NCBI GenBank assembly: GCA_017472065.1
Contig: JAFURB010000017.1
Span: 5,887-69,886, forward strand
Reading direction: 5' to 3'
Origin: Alphaproteobacteria bacterium
GTDB taxonomy: Bacteria > Pseudomonadota > Alphaproteobacteria > Rs-D84
DNA length: 64,000 bases
Shown here in pieces: positions 37,632 through 45,429 of the stretch (the stretch's first letter is position 1; every line of letters begins with the position of its first letter). The notes beneath the pieces are model-generated. The model worked only from the letters and a program-made list of their open reading frames with translations. It was not told where the DNA came from and searched no databases. The translations under genes were made by a program, and so were the position numbers.

Positions 37632-37659
37632 AATATAGCGCAATATTTTATTTTGTCAA
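37632..37659 (-). promoter_or_regulatory. sigma70-type promoter TTGACA-N16-TATATT
   Basis: Minus strand reads gcTTGACAaaataaaatattgcgcTATATTtttg. Confidence 0.5.
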
Positions 37660-37737
37660 GCATTTTTGTGTTTTTTATTTTCGCCTTTATATAAATCAAA
37701 TTCCCATAACATTTCCATTTGATGCTTTTCCCAACAA

Positions 37738-37760
37738 AAAACCCGCCATGTGGCGGGATA
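37738..37760 (-). terminator. intrinsic terminator of the ppiD-like gene
   Basis: cccgcc-atgt-ggcggg with T6 on the minus strand. Confidence 0.7.
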
Positions 37761-37763
37761 TTA

Positions 37764-39179
37764 TTATTTTGCGAACACACGCTTGTACACTTTTTCATTT
37801 ATGCGTACTGGATATTCACGAACCAAGAACGAATTATAATCATCCATTAATGCGCGCGACGATGCATCCTTTAATTCCTTGGTTAATGCATCCATTTTCT
37901 TGGTATCAACAGATGGCATCTTTTCCCCATTTACACGCAATACATAAAACGCCTTGTCCCCCGGGACAATTGTATTTGTTTCAACTGGGTTATTAAATGC
38001 CGCGTTCAACACCGCAACCGGCGCGCCCGATGCACGTGAAACATTTGCCGCGGATTTTTTGCCCACAAATTTACCATCTTTGTTCAAATCGACCAAGATT
38101 TCATTTGCACGAACATATGCCTGCTTTTTCTGTTCCGCGCGTTTCCAGTCCGCTACCAAATCTTTTTTAACAGATTCAAATTCCTGGGCATGTTCTGGTG
38201 CGATATTGTCAACACGCGCGATTACAAAACCACGTGGTGTTTCAATCATTTCGCTTTCCAAACCTGCATCCATATCAAACAGTGTCGCAATCATTTTATC
38301 TGTCAAGATTTCATCGTTTGGACGCTTATCGACACTGAACGGCTTTAACGCAACATATTTTGCATTATGCTTTTTCGCAGTGCTTTCAAATGTTTCACCG
38401 GCGATAATATCATCTTCGACCTTAATCGCGGTTTCATATGCCGCATCATATTCATCTGGCTTGGACATATCAGCCGGCACCAAGACATATGATATTGTTC
38501 TAAATTCTGGAACAATACGCGGATTCTGTGCATAGAACGAACGCAATTGTTCATCTGATGGATTTGCAACCTTGAAATCATCATATTCAATTGTTGCATA
38601 TTCGATATCACGTGTTGCATATCGTGCATTATATGCCGCCCGTACTGCAAACGCTGGCACATCCATCGGCGCAGAAACCGCACCCAACACCATCGAACGC
38701 AGAACTTGGGATCGCAGGATTGCCGCAAACTGTGCCTCTGTATATCCGGAATTATTCAATACATAGTCAAACAGATATGTAGAAAACTGACCATTTTCCT
38801 GAAATTCTGGGAAAGAACGGATTTCGCGTGCGATTCGTGCATCCGACACCGCAAACCCCAAATCATCGGCACGATTTTCTGCCATGCGTTGCGTGGTCAG
38901 GTTTGATAACACGCGTGCCGCCAATTGATCTGCGACAATTGGGTCGGTATAAACTGCGCGTTGTTCTTCACGGCTCATCGCGGCCATTTCACGATTGCGT
39001 TCCATTGAAAACTGCTGATATGTGATTTCACCATTTCCAACATGAATCAGTGTGTTATCACCGGCAAAATTGCCAAAAATCCACTCGGCAACACCCCAGC
39101 CCACAAATGAAAACGCCAACAAAGTAATTAAAAATTTCGCCAACGGTTTTTCCGCTGCATTACGTAAATATTCTAGCAT
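37764..39179 (-). CDS. PpiD-like membrane-anchored periplasmic chaperone
   Basis: MLEYLRNAAEKPLAKFLITLLAFSFVGWGV N-terminal anchor. Architecture resembles E. coli PpiD. ATG 39179 preferred over the ORF-track start 39248. Confidence 0.7.
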   Translation of the reverse strand: MLEYLRNAAEKPLAKFLITLLAFSFVGWGVAEWIFGNFAGDNTLIHVGNGEITYQQFSMERNREMAAMSREEQRAVYTDPIVADQLAARVLSNLTTQRMAENRADDLGFAVSDARIAREIRSFPEFQENGQFSTYLFDYVLNNSGYTEAQFAAILRSQVLRSMVLGAVSAPMDVPAFAVRAAYNARYATRDIEYATIEYDDFKVANPSDEQLRSFYAQNPRIVPEFRTISYVLVPADMSKPDEYDAAYETAIKVEDDIIAGETFESTAKKHNAKYVALKPFSVDKRPNDEILTDKMIATLFDMDAGLESEMIETPRGFVIARVDNIAPEHAQEFESVKKDLVADWKRAEQKKQAYVRANEILVDLNKDGKFVGKKSAANVSRASGAPVAVLNAAFNNPVETNTIVPGDKAFYVLRVNGEKMPSVDTKKMDALTKELKDASSRALMDDYNSFLVREYPVRINEKVYKRVFAK

Positions 39180-39247
39180 TTTGTCCCCTTTTGCGTTACC
39201 ATAGCAAAACAAAATACGAAAAATCAACGAAAAAAAGGGGAATTTCA

Positions 39248-39952
39248 ATGAAAATTATTGCAGGAAACTGGAAAATGAACGGTTCGCGTGCCGCATTGGT
39301 TGAAATGGTCACCGGATTGCAAGAAATTGAAACAAATAACACGATTATTCTGTGTGTTCCATATACTATGCTGGGACTGACCACGGGTCGCGTTGCGATT
39401 GGCGCCCAGGATGTAAGTGCCCACACCCACGGCGCATACACCGGCGAAGTATCCGCGCAAATGATTGCAGACACCGGTGCAAAATATGTAATCGTCGGTC
39501 ACAGTGAACGTCGCCAATATCACGAAGAAAGTAACAGCATCGTTCGCGACAAAGCGACACGTGCCCTGGCAAATGGATTGATTCCAATTATCTGTGTTGG
39601 CGAAACAATGGATGAAAAACAGGCCGGCAAAACAATGGCTGTTATCGAATCGGGTGTACGCGAATCTGTCCCATCAGATGTCAGCACCCCTATCATCATC
39701 GCATACGAACCGCGTTGGGCAATTGGCGCAGGTCTGACACCAACAGAATCAGAAATCGCCGATGCACACGCATTAATTGCCAAAACATTGGCCGACATGG
39801 GCCTGGCCGGGACACCAATATTATATGGCGCATCGGTCAAGGGAACAAATGCCGCCGAAATTATGTCTATTCCAAACGTAGATGGCGTATTGGTTGGTGG
39901 CGCATCCTTGAAATGCGACGATTTCATACCTATAATAACCAGTGTTAAATAA
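39248..39952 (+). CDS. tpiA: triosephosphate isomerase
   Basis: MKIIAGNWKMNGS, VGHSERR, AYEPRWAIG. Confidence 0.95.
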   Translation: MKIIAGNWKMNGSRAALVEMVTGLQEIETNNTIILCVPYTMLGLTTGRVAIGAQDVSAHTHGAYTGEVSAQMIADTGAKYVIVGHSERRQYHEESNSIVRDKATRALANGLIPIICVGETMDEKQAGKTMAVIESGVRESVPSDVSTPIIIAYEPRWAIGAGLTPTESEIADAHALIAKTLADMGLAGTPILYGASVKGTNAAEIMSIPNVDGVLVGGASLKCDDFIPIITSVK

Positions 39953-39981
39953 TTCTATACTTGTAACAAAATGGAATTGAT

Positions 39982-40488
39982 ATGCACAAAGAAGAAGATA
40001 AATCTGTTGAAATAGAATCTGTATCGGTTGATGAAACACCAGCCAACGAAAACAACATCAATGTTGATATTGAAAAGTTACAAAATCAATTGGCTGAAAT
40101 GAACGACAAATACCTGCGTATGGCGGCGGAATTGGAAAACACCCGTCGCCGTGCGGCATTGGATGCCGAATCACGTGCGCGCAACCGCGCCATGGGGGTT
40201 GCCGAAAAAATATTGCCAGTAATGGATGCAATTGATGCCGCCTTGAAACACAGCCCCGATGATGACGGCATAAAATCAATGGCACGCGCCATGGAATCTG
40301 CATTTGCACAAATCGGTATCGTAAAAATAGAATCTATTGGCGAACAATTAAATCCAATGTTTCACAACGCGATTCAAGTTGTCGATATGCCCGATAAAAC
40401 AACCAACACAATTGTTGATGAAATGCAAACTGGATATATGTTTGGTGATACATTACTGCGAACCGCAATGGTGGTTGTTGCAAAATAA
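39982..40488 (+). CDS. grpE: nucleotide exchange factor GrpE
   Basis: Coiled-coil DKYLRMAAELENTRRR and C-terminal beta domain. Confidence 0.9.
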   Translation: MHKEEDKSVEIESVSVDETPANENNINVDIEKLQNQLAEMNDKYLRMAAELENTRRRAALDAESRARNRAMGVAEKILPVMDAIDAALKHSPDDDGIKSMARAMESAFAQIGIVKIESIGEQLNPMFHNAIQVVDMPDKTTNTIVDEMQTGYMFGDTLLRTAMVVVAK

Positions 40489-40518
40489 AAAACCGGCAAT
40501 GCCGGTTATTTTTTTATT
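40487..40518. terminator. bidirectional intrinsic terminator
   Basis: A6-aaccggc-aat-gccggtt-aT7; lies between convergent genes. Confidence 0.75.
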
Positions 40519-41506
40519 TTACATACGAACAGTTACCGGTTAATTCAAATGTCCCCGTTGAATCATAAAATGTACCCGGTTTCAGATAGCATTCTGTTAT
40601 TGCCGTCGCCCCCGATGTGGCGGTTGTTCCATATGTATATGATGTAAGTTCTGAATTTAGCCATCCAAGTGTTGATGAATTTGGACAACGTGTACATGTG
40701 CTGGTACTGCCATTTGAATAATATCCGCTACTGCATTCCCATGCACAACTGTTTTCGGTGGTGTATTGGGCGCCGGTGGGCGCACTGGTGCATGCGGTAC
40801 ACCCCTCGTTATTGGCACCGGTTGCCGTACCATAATAGCCCACCCCACATGAATACCCAGTTGAAGTACACGCCGTCCTTGCATCATTCACAACATAACC
40901 ACTTTGACATGCAACAACAACACAACGCGTACCATATCCATCAACCCCCTTATAATTACTGCAATATTTAGATGTCAAATATGAAGCCTGCACCCCTGTC
41001 GAACCATTACAACCACTGGTCGCTGTACTAGAATCTTCAAGACAATAAATCTGACCATCAATTGTTGCACTAAATGTACGACATTGGTTGGTTGAACTGC
41101 ACAATTCATAAGATGAATCACCACCACCGGATGACCCACCACCGGATGACCCAGTGGTACATGTCGAATAATCCGCCGCACCACTAACACACGAACATTC
41201 ACCATTTGTCTTTGATGTATCTGGATTGTTGGAACATTTGCACGAGACACACGCACATTGATTATACAAGTAATATGTACCAGAAGAACCAGTGGCCGTA
41301 TCACTGGCTGTAGTCAGATCCGGTTGTGTTGACGGACATGTGGTACACGAACACGCATTGCCCGATACATGGGTAGACTCCTCGGAATATGCACTGCATA
41401 TTACATCCGGGAATAGGTTTTTACACGCCGTATCATGCGTGCCAGCTATCACATTGCCCGCCATAAATAAATTACACATCAAACCAAAAATTAAGATTTT
41501 TTTCAT
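40514..41506 (-). CDS. secreted cysteine-rich repeat protein (330 aa)
   Basis: Signal peptide MKKILIFGLMCNLFMAGNVIA from ATG 41506 (GGGGGAGG RBS). CTACTSAPTGAQY, CSSGYYSNGSTSTCTRCPNSS. The ORF-track N-terminal extension to 41638 is a read-through of the conserved upstream module. Confidence 0.75.
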   Translation of the reverse strand: MKKILIFGLMCNLFMAGNVIAGTHDTACKNLFPDVICSAYSEESTHVSGNACSCTTCPSTQPDLTTASDTATGSSGTYYLYNQCACVSCKCSNNPDTSKTNGECSCVSGAADYSTCTTGSSGGGSSGGGDSSYELCSSTNQCRTFSATIDGQIYCLEDSSTATSGCNGSTGVQASYLTSKYCSNYKGVDGYGTRCVVVACQSGYVVNDARTACTSTGYSCGVGYYGTATGANNEGCTACTSAPTGAQYTTENSCAWECSSGYYSNGSTSTCTRCPNSSTLGWLNSELTSYTYGTTATSGATAITECYLKPGTFYDSTGTFELTGNCSYVK

Positions 41507-41526
41507 GTTGCCTCCCCCAATTTTTT

Positions 41527-41593
41527 TAGGAAAACGGTCCTTTGGTTTCGGCATAAAATCGGGTTGACAGGTGGCTAAAAACTGGGATAAAAT
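41527..41593. promoter_or_regulatory. conserved upstream module copy 2 (reverse complement of 20349..20415, 2 mismatches seen)
   Basis: The plus strand contains TTGACA (41564..41569), an 18-nt spacer and TAAAAT (41588..41593), pointing away from the Cys-rich gene. Confidence 0.6.
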
Positions 41594-41606
41594 ACCATTG
41601 CAAGAT

Positions 41607-41636
41607 GTCGAAAACAAATCACCGTTTTTTTTCGGC
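41607..41636 (+). terminator. hairpin of module copy 2 (gtcgaaaacaaa-tcaccg-ttttttttcggc) followed by a T-tract
   Basis: Same 5' arm and loop as copy 1. The 3' arm is diverged (one G.U and one mismatch). Followed by attattttttt. Confidence 0.45.
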
Positions 41637-41728
41637 ATTATTTTTTTGCGTTTTTACAACTGTTTTCAATGCATTAACAAGAAAAAACACATTTTGCTTT
41701 TTTTTGATAAGATAAATAAAAGTTTATA

Positions 41729-42005
41729 TCAAAGTTCAAAGTGCAAAGTTCAAAGTGCAATTGTGGAAAAATTAAACACTATCGTCATACCGGCGAAGGC
41801 CGGTATCCACTGTGTTGTTCTTAATTTCGAAACTGGGTGGAATACAATGGACCCCGGCCTAGCATCACCCACAAAATTTTTAATTTTGCAGGCCTCGAAC
41901 GCCGGGGTGACGGCTTTAAGAGTTTCTTAGATAAACTTTCATTTATCAAAGTATTAATTAATAGAATCCACAATTGCACTTTGAACTTTGCACTCTGAAC
42001 TTTGA
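41729..42005. repeat. MITE-like element with 38-bp terminal inverted repeats
   Basis: Left arm tcaaagttcaaagtgcaaagttcaaagtgcaattgtgg (41729..41766). Right arm 41968..42005 is its reverse complement with 1 mismatch. Arms are built of heptamer repeats. Interior has GC-rich palindromes (ataccggc-gaa-gccggtat; ccccggc...gccgggg). Confidence 0.55.
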
Positions 42006-42036
42006 AAAAAAATCCCTGCAATTGCGGGGATTTTTT
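42004..42036. terminator. bidirectional intrinsic terminator downstream of nrdG
   Basis: A8-atccctgc-aatt-gcggggat-T6. Confidence 0.7.
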
Positions 42037-42736
42037 ATTCACGCCATGTAACAGATTGAAACATAGAATTTATTTTTTCACGCATCGCACCGTCATTAAA
42101 AAACTGTTCCCGTGATGCAGAATCTGTTTTGTGTGCCGCATCTTCGAAATGTGGAATATATTTTTGAATTGCGATATCCGATACTCCACGTTCGTTTAAT
42201 ATTTCTGCAATTTTAATTAAATCTGATTTATCGATAAAACGCGGATCGCATGTGATTCGAACCTCAAAATCTTTGCCGGTTGCCAACCACACATCCAATG
42301 ATTTTATCATATTGTCATATGCAATATGTTGTCCGGTCAGGTCCGGATATTTTTCACGCATCGCTTTGAAATCCAACCCAATCCAATCAACCAAATCCGC
42401 CGCACGGCGCAATGTGTCTGGATAAAAACCATTGGTGTGCAAACCGATTTTGAATCCAATTTCCCGAACACGACGCATATATTCGATTGTTGCATCGCCC
42501 TGCATCAATGCTTCACCACCGGAAAAAACGACCGCTTCCAGTTTGCCGACACGCGATTGCAACCAATCAAACACGCGTTCGGGATCATATTCGCCATCAT
42601 GTGGGGTTAATAAATGGGGATTGGAACAATACGCACACCGCAATGGACATCCAACCAAGAACAGCACAGCCGCCAATTTCCCAGGATAATCGATTGTAGT
42701 GAAAGAAACCAATCCCCCAATTTGTACAGATTTCAT
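42035..42736 (-). CDS. nrdG: anaerobic ribonucleoside-triphosphate reductase activating protein (radical SAM)
   Basis: GCPLRCAYCSNPHL (CxxxCxxC); lies downstream of nrdD. Confidence 0.85.
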   Translation of the reverse strand: MKSVQIGGLVSFTTIDYPGKLAAVLFLVGCPLRCAYCSNPHLLTPHDGEYDPERVFDWLQSRVGKLEAVVFSGGEALMQGDATIEYMRRVREIGFKIGLHTNGFYPDTLRRAADLVDWIGLDFKAMREKYPDLTGQHIAYDNMIKSLDVWLATGKDFEVRITCDPRFIDKSDLIKIAEILNERGVSDIAIQKYIPHFEDAAHKTDSASREQFFNDGAMREKINSMFQSVTWRE

Positions 42737-42746
42737 GATCTTAAAC

Positions 42747-42926
42747 TTACGCCGCTTTCTTTAACAGTTCAGCATGTCTGCAACCCGTGGTCAAGCAGTT
42801 TGATTCAGTAAATGTTTTACGTTCACAGAATTCAGAATATTTGCCAATATTAAAGTTTGATACAGGGCGAATAAAACCCATTGATCTTGAAAATACTTCG
42901 CAACGTGTTCTTTGGCAGTCTGTCAT
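42747..42926 (-). CDS. stand-alone glycyl-radical peptide of class III RNR (59 aa), not in the ORF track
   Basis: My translation: MTDCQRTRCEVFSRSMGFIRPVSNFNIGKYSEFCERKTFTESNCLTTGCRHAELLKKAA. It matches the NrdD C-terminal glycyl-radical region (compare EVYSRVVGY..PV..WN.GK..EF..R). GGGAGGA RBS. 10 nt upstream of nrdG. Confidence 0.7.
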   Translation of the reverse strand: MTDCQRTRCEVFSRSMGFIRPVSNFNIGKYSEFCERKTFTESNCLTTGCRHAELLKKAA

Positions 42927-42977
42927 AGTGTGTTCCTCCCTTTCTTTTTTTGCTGACTGTTTAATTGTTGTTTATTC

Positions 42978-45002
42978 TTATGCCTGATTTGCGCCGTTTT
43001 CTGCGTCACATTTCGGACAGAATTCATGTTTCCCCGGTAAATATCCGTGCTTTGGACAAATTGAAAATGTTGGTGTTAATGTCATATACGGCACCTTGTA
43101 ATTTTCAAATATCGTACGGACAATTTTCTGGGCGGCATCACCACTGGATACCGGTTCACCCATATACAGGTGCAACATCGTTCCACCAGTATATTTACGT
43201 TGTAACTCTTCCTGGTGTTCCAGGGCGACAAATGGGTCGTCGGTAAAGTTCACAGGTAACTGGGTTGAATTTGTGTAATATGGTGCGTCATGTGTTCCCG
43301 CCGTGATAATATCTGGGAAATTTTTGACGTCTGTTTTTGCGAATCGATATGAACATCCTTCGGCTGGGGTTGCTTCCAGATTATACAAGTTTCCGGTCTG
43401 TTCCTGGAAATTCGCCAGGTTTTCACGGATGAAATCCATAACATCCAGAACCAATTTTTTACCGAATACCGTTGCAATATTTTCTGCACCGTTTGTAAAG
43501 TTCAATACCATTTCATTTGCGCCATTAACACCGATGGTTGAAAAGTGATGATTCCAATCCCCCAGATAACGGCGTGTAAATGGATACAAACCACGTTCCA
43601 TATTTTTGGTGATAATCTTGCGCTTGATTTCCAGACTGTCGCGGCCCAAATCCAGTAACCGTTTCAGTTCACGGAACAATCCGTCACGGTCACCCTTGTG
43701 TATATATCCCAGGCGCGCCAAGTTAATTGTTACAACACCGATTGATCCCGTCTTTTCTGCCGAACCAAACAGTCCACCACCACGCTTTAACAATTCGCGT
43801 ACATCCAAACGCAAACGACAGCACATTGAACGAACATCGGTCGGATTCAAATCAGAATTCAAGAAATTCTGGAAATTTGGAATTCCATATTTTGCCGCTA
43901 ATTCAAACAACGGCTTTACATTTGGATGATTCCATGGGAAATCCGGTGTAATATTATATGTTGGAATTGGGAATGTAAATGGACGCCCCAATGCATCACC
44001 TTCGGTCATGACTTCGATGAACGCCTTGTTAATCATGTCCATTTCCGCCTGTAAATCGCCGTATGTGAAATCAACCTGTTTGCGGCCAATAAATGGACGC
44101 TGTTCGCGCAAATCGGTTGGGCATGTCCAATCAAATGTGAAATTGATAAATGGTGTCTGGGTTCCCCAACGACATGGCACACCACAATTGAACACCAATG
44201 TCTGCATTGCGTTTTTAACATCTGCATATGATAAATTATCAACACGAACATACGGTGCCAGGTATGTATCAACCGATGAAAATGCCTGGGCGCCTGCAAA
44301 TTCGTTCTGCAATGTCCCCAAGAAATTTACCATATGTGAAATCGCGGTTGCCATATGCTTGGCCGGTTCACAATGTAGGTATCCTGGGACACCGTTAAAT
44401 CCTTCGTACAATAATTCACGCAATGACCAACCTGCACAATATCCGGTCAACCATCCTAAATCATGCACATGAATTGCAGCATTTTTGTGCGCCTCTGCCA
44501 CGGCACGTGGATACAGATTCAACCAATATTCCGCCGTCACGCGTTCAGATGTACGCAAAATTAAACCACCAATCGAGTAACCAACATTTGCATTTTCTTT
44601 GATACGCCAATTTGAACCACCAACATAGCCTTCGATAATATCAACGGCATCAACCATCGATTCGCGAATTTCCGTGCGTTTCTGGCGATAAATAATATAT
44701 GATTCGGCTGTCTTATATGCGCCATTATCCATCAGTGTTTTGATAACCGTATCCTGGATTGATTCAACCGATGGTGTGCGCTGTGCATATTCTTCGCCCA
44801 GTGTATCCAGCACTGATTGTGTCATAGATACTATTTGTTCATGGCTTAATTCCGTTGTGACATCAACCGCGCGTTTAATTGCACTATAAATCTTTAGCGC
44901 ATTAAAGGGCACTGTTTCGCCACCGCGTTTCTGCACGGCAACCAATTTAGTTGTAAAACTTGGTGTGATTTCAATTTTTGTTTCAATCTGTGTTTCTGAC
45001 AT
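42978..45002 (-). CDS. nrdD: anaerobic ribonucleoside-triphosphate reductase large polypeptide, ends before the glycyl-radical motif
   Basis: ATP-cone VQKRGGETVPFNALKI; class III RNR body. C-terminus ends at the Zn motif ICPKHGYLPGKHEFCPKCD. Confidence 0.9.
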   Translation of the reverse strand: MSETQIETKIEITPSFTTKLVAVQKRGGETVPFNALKIYSAIKRAVDVTTELSHEQIVSMTQSVLDTLGEEYAQRTPSVESIQDTVIKTLMDNGAYKTAESYIIYRQKRTEIRESMVDAVDIIEGYVGGSNWRIKENANVGYSIGGLILRTSERVTAEYWLNLYPRAVAEAHKNAAIHVHDLGWLTGYCAGWSLRELLYEGFNGVPGYLHCEPAKHMATAISHMVNFLGTLQNEFAGAQAFSSVDTYLAPYVRVDNLSYADVKNAMQTLVFNCGVPCRWGTQTPFINFTFDWTCPTDLREQRPFIGRKQVDFTYGDLQAEMDMINKAFIEVMTEGDALGRPFTFPIPTYNITPDFPWNHPNVKPLFELAAKYGIPNFQNFLNSDLNPTDVRSMCCRLRLDVRELLKRGGGLFGSAEKTGSIGVVTINLARLGYIHKGDRDGLFRELKRLLDLGRDSLEIKRKIITKNMERGLYPFTRRYLGDWNHHFSTIGVNGANEMVLNFTNGAENIATVFGKKLVLDVMDFIRENLANFQEQTGNLYNLEATPAEGCSYRFAKTDVKNFPDIITAGTHDAPYYTNSTQLPVNFTDDPFVALEHQEELQRKYTGGTMLHLYMGEPVSSGDAAQKIVRTIFENYKVPYMTLTPTFSICPKHGYLPGKHEFCPKCDAENGANQA

Positions 45003-45025
45003 TTTACTACTCCGATACTCTTAAA

Positions 45026-45041
45026 ACACAATATATAGTGA
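45026..45041. promoter_or_regulatory. putative NrdR box 1
   Basis: acacaatatatagtga, a 16-bp AT-core palindrome-like site 24 nt upstream of the nrdD ATG. Confidence 0.5.
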
Positions 45042-45057
45042 TTATTTGTTCGATTTG

Positions 45058-45073
45058 ATAACAATATATAGTT
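45058..45073. promoter_or_regulatory. putative NrdR box 2
   Basis: ataacaatatatagtt, starting 32 bp after box 1 (about three helical turns). Confidence 0.45.
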
Positions 45074-45429
45074 TTTAGAGTTTATAAACAATCTATAAAA
45101 CGCAATTTTTTTTGTATTTTTTGCTTTACTTTTGAAAAGGCATATTTTCTGCATGTTACAGGCGTATAACAGAATCGGGCCTGTCATACGAATTTATGTT
45201 TTGTATCAATAAATTGCATTTTTTTACCTGGGAACTGATTCGGTATTTTGATAAAAACACAAAATATTGATTACAAAAAGCGAATCATACACTATATATA
45301 GACCCAACCAAAAGACACATTTACCTAAAATAGGTTGTTTTTCCCATTAAAAACGGCTACATTGTTGTTATGTCCGGTGGTAATAATGCCCCGGAACAAA
45401 CCTTAACATAAAAATAAAAGAGCATTATT

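Noticed and set aside
41729-41766. Tandem heptamers (caaagtt/caaagtg) considered as a possible CRISPR or microsatellite
   Set aside because: The units are only 7 bp, there are no spacers, and the same array recurs inverted 200 bp away. It is better explained as the terminal inverted repeat of a MITE-like element.
41571-41930. ORF 41571..41930 (…VIPAKAGIHCVVLNF…NAGVTALRVS)
   Set aside because: It is a translation of the duplicated upstream module plus the MITE-like repeat. The peptide pattern is characteristic of spurious ORFs over palindromic repeats.
42787-43246. Plus-strand ORFs 42787..42987 and 42965..43246 in and near the nrdD-nrdG spacer
   Set aside because: They are antisense to the nrdD operon. 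The minus-strand 59-aa ORF, with its RBS and glycyl-radical motif, explains the region.
45190-45260. FNR/CRP-type box (TTGAT-N4-ATCAA) upstream of nrdD
   Set aside because: Only partial half-site matches (for example TTGATaacaATATA) occur in a very AT-rich spacer, which is indistinguishable from background.
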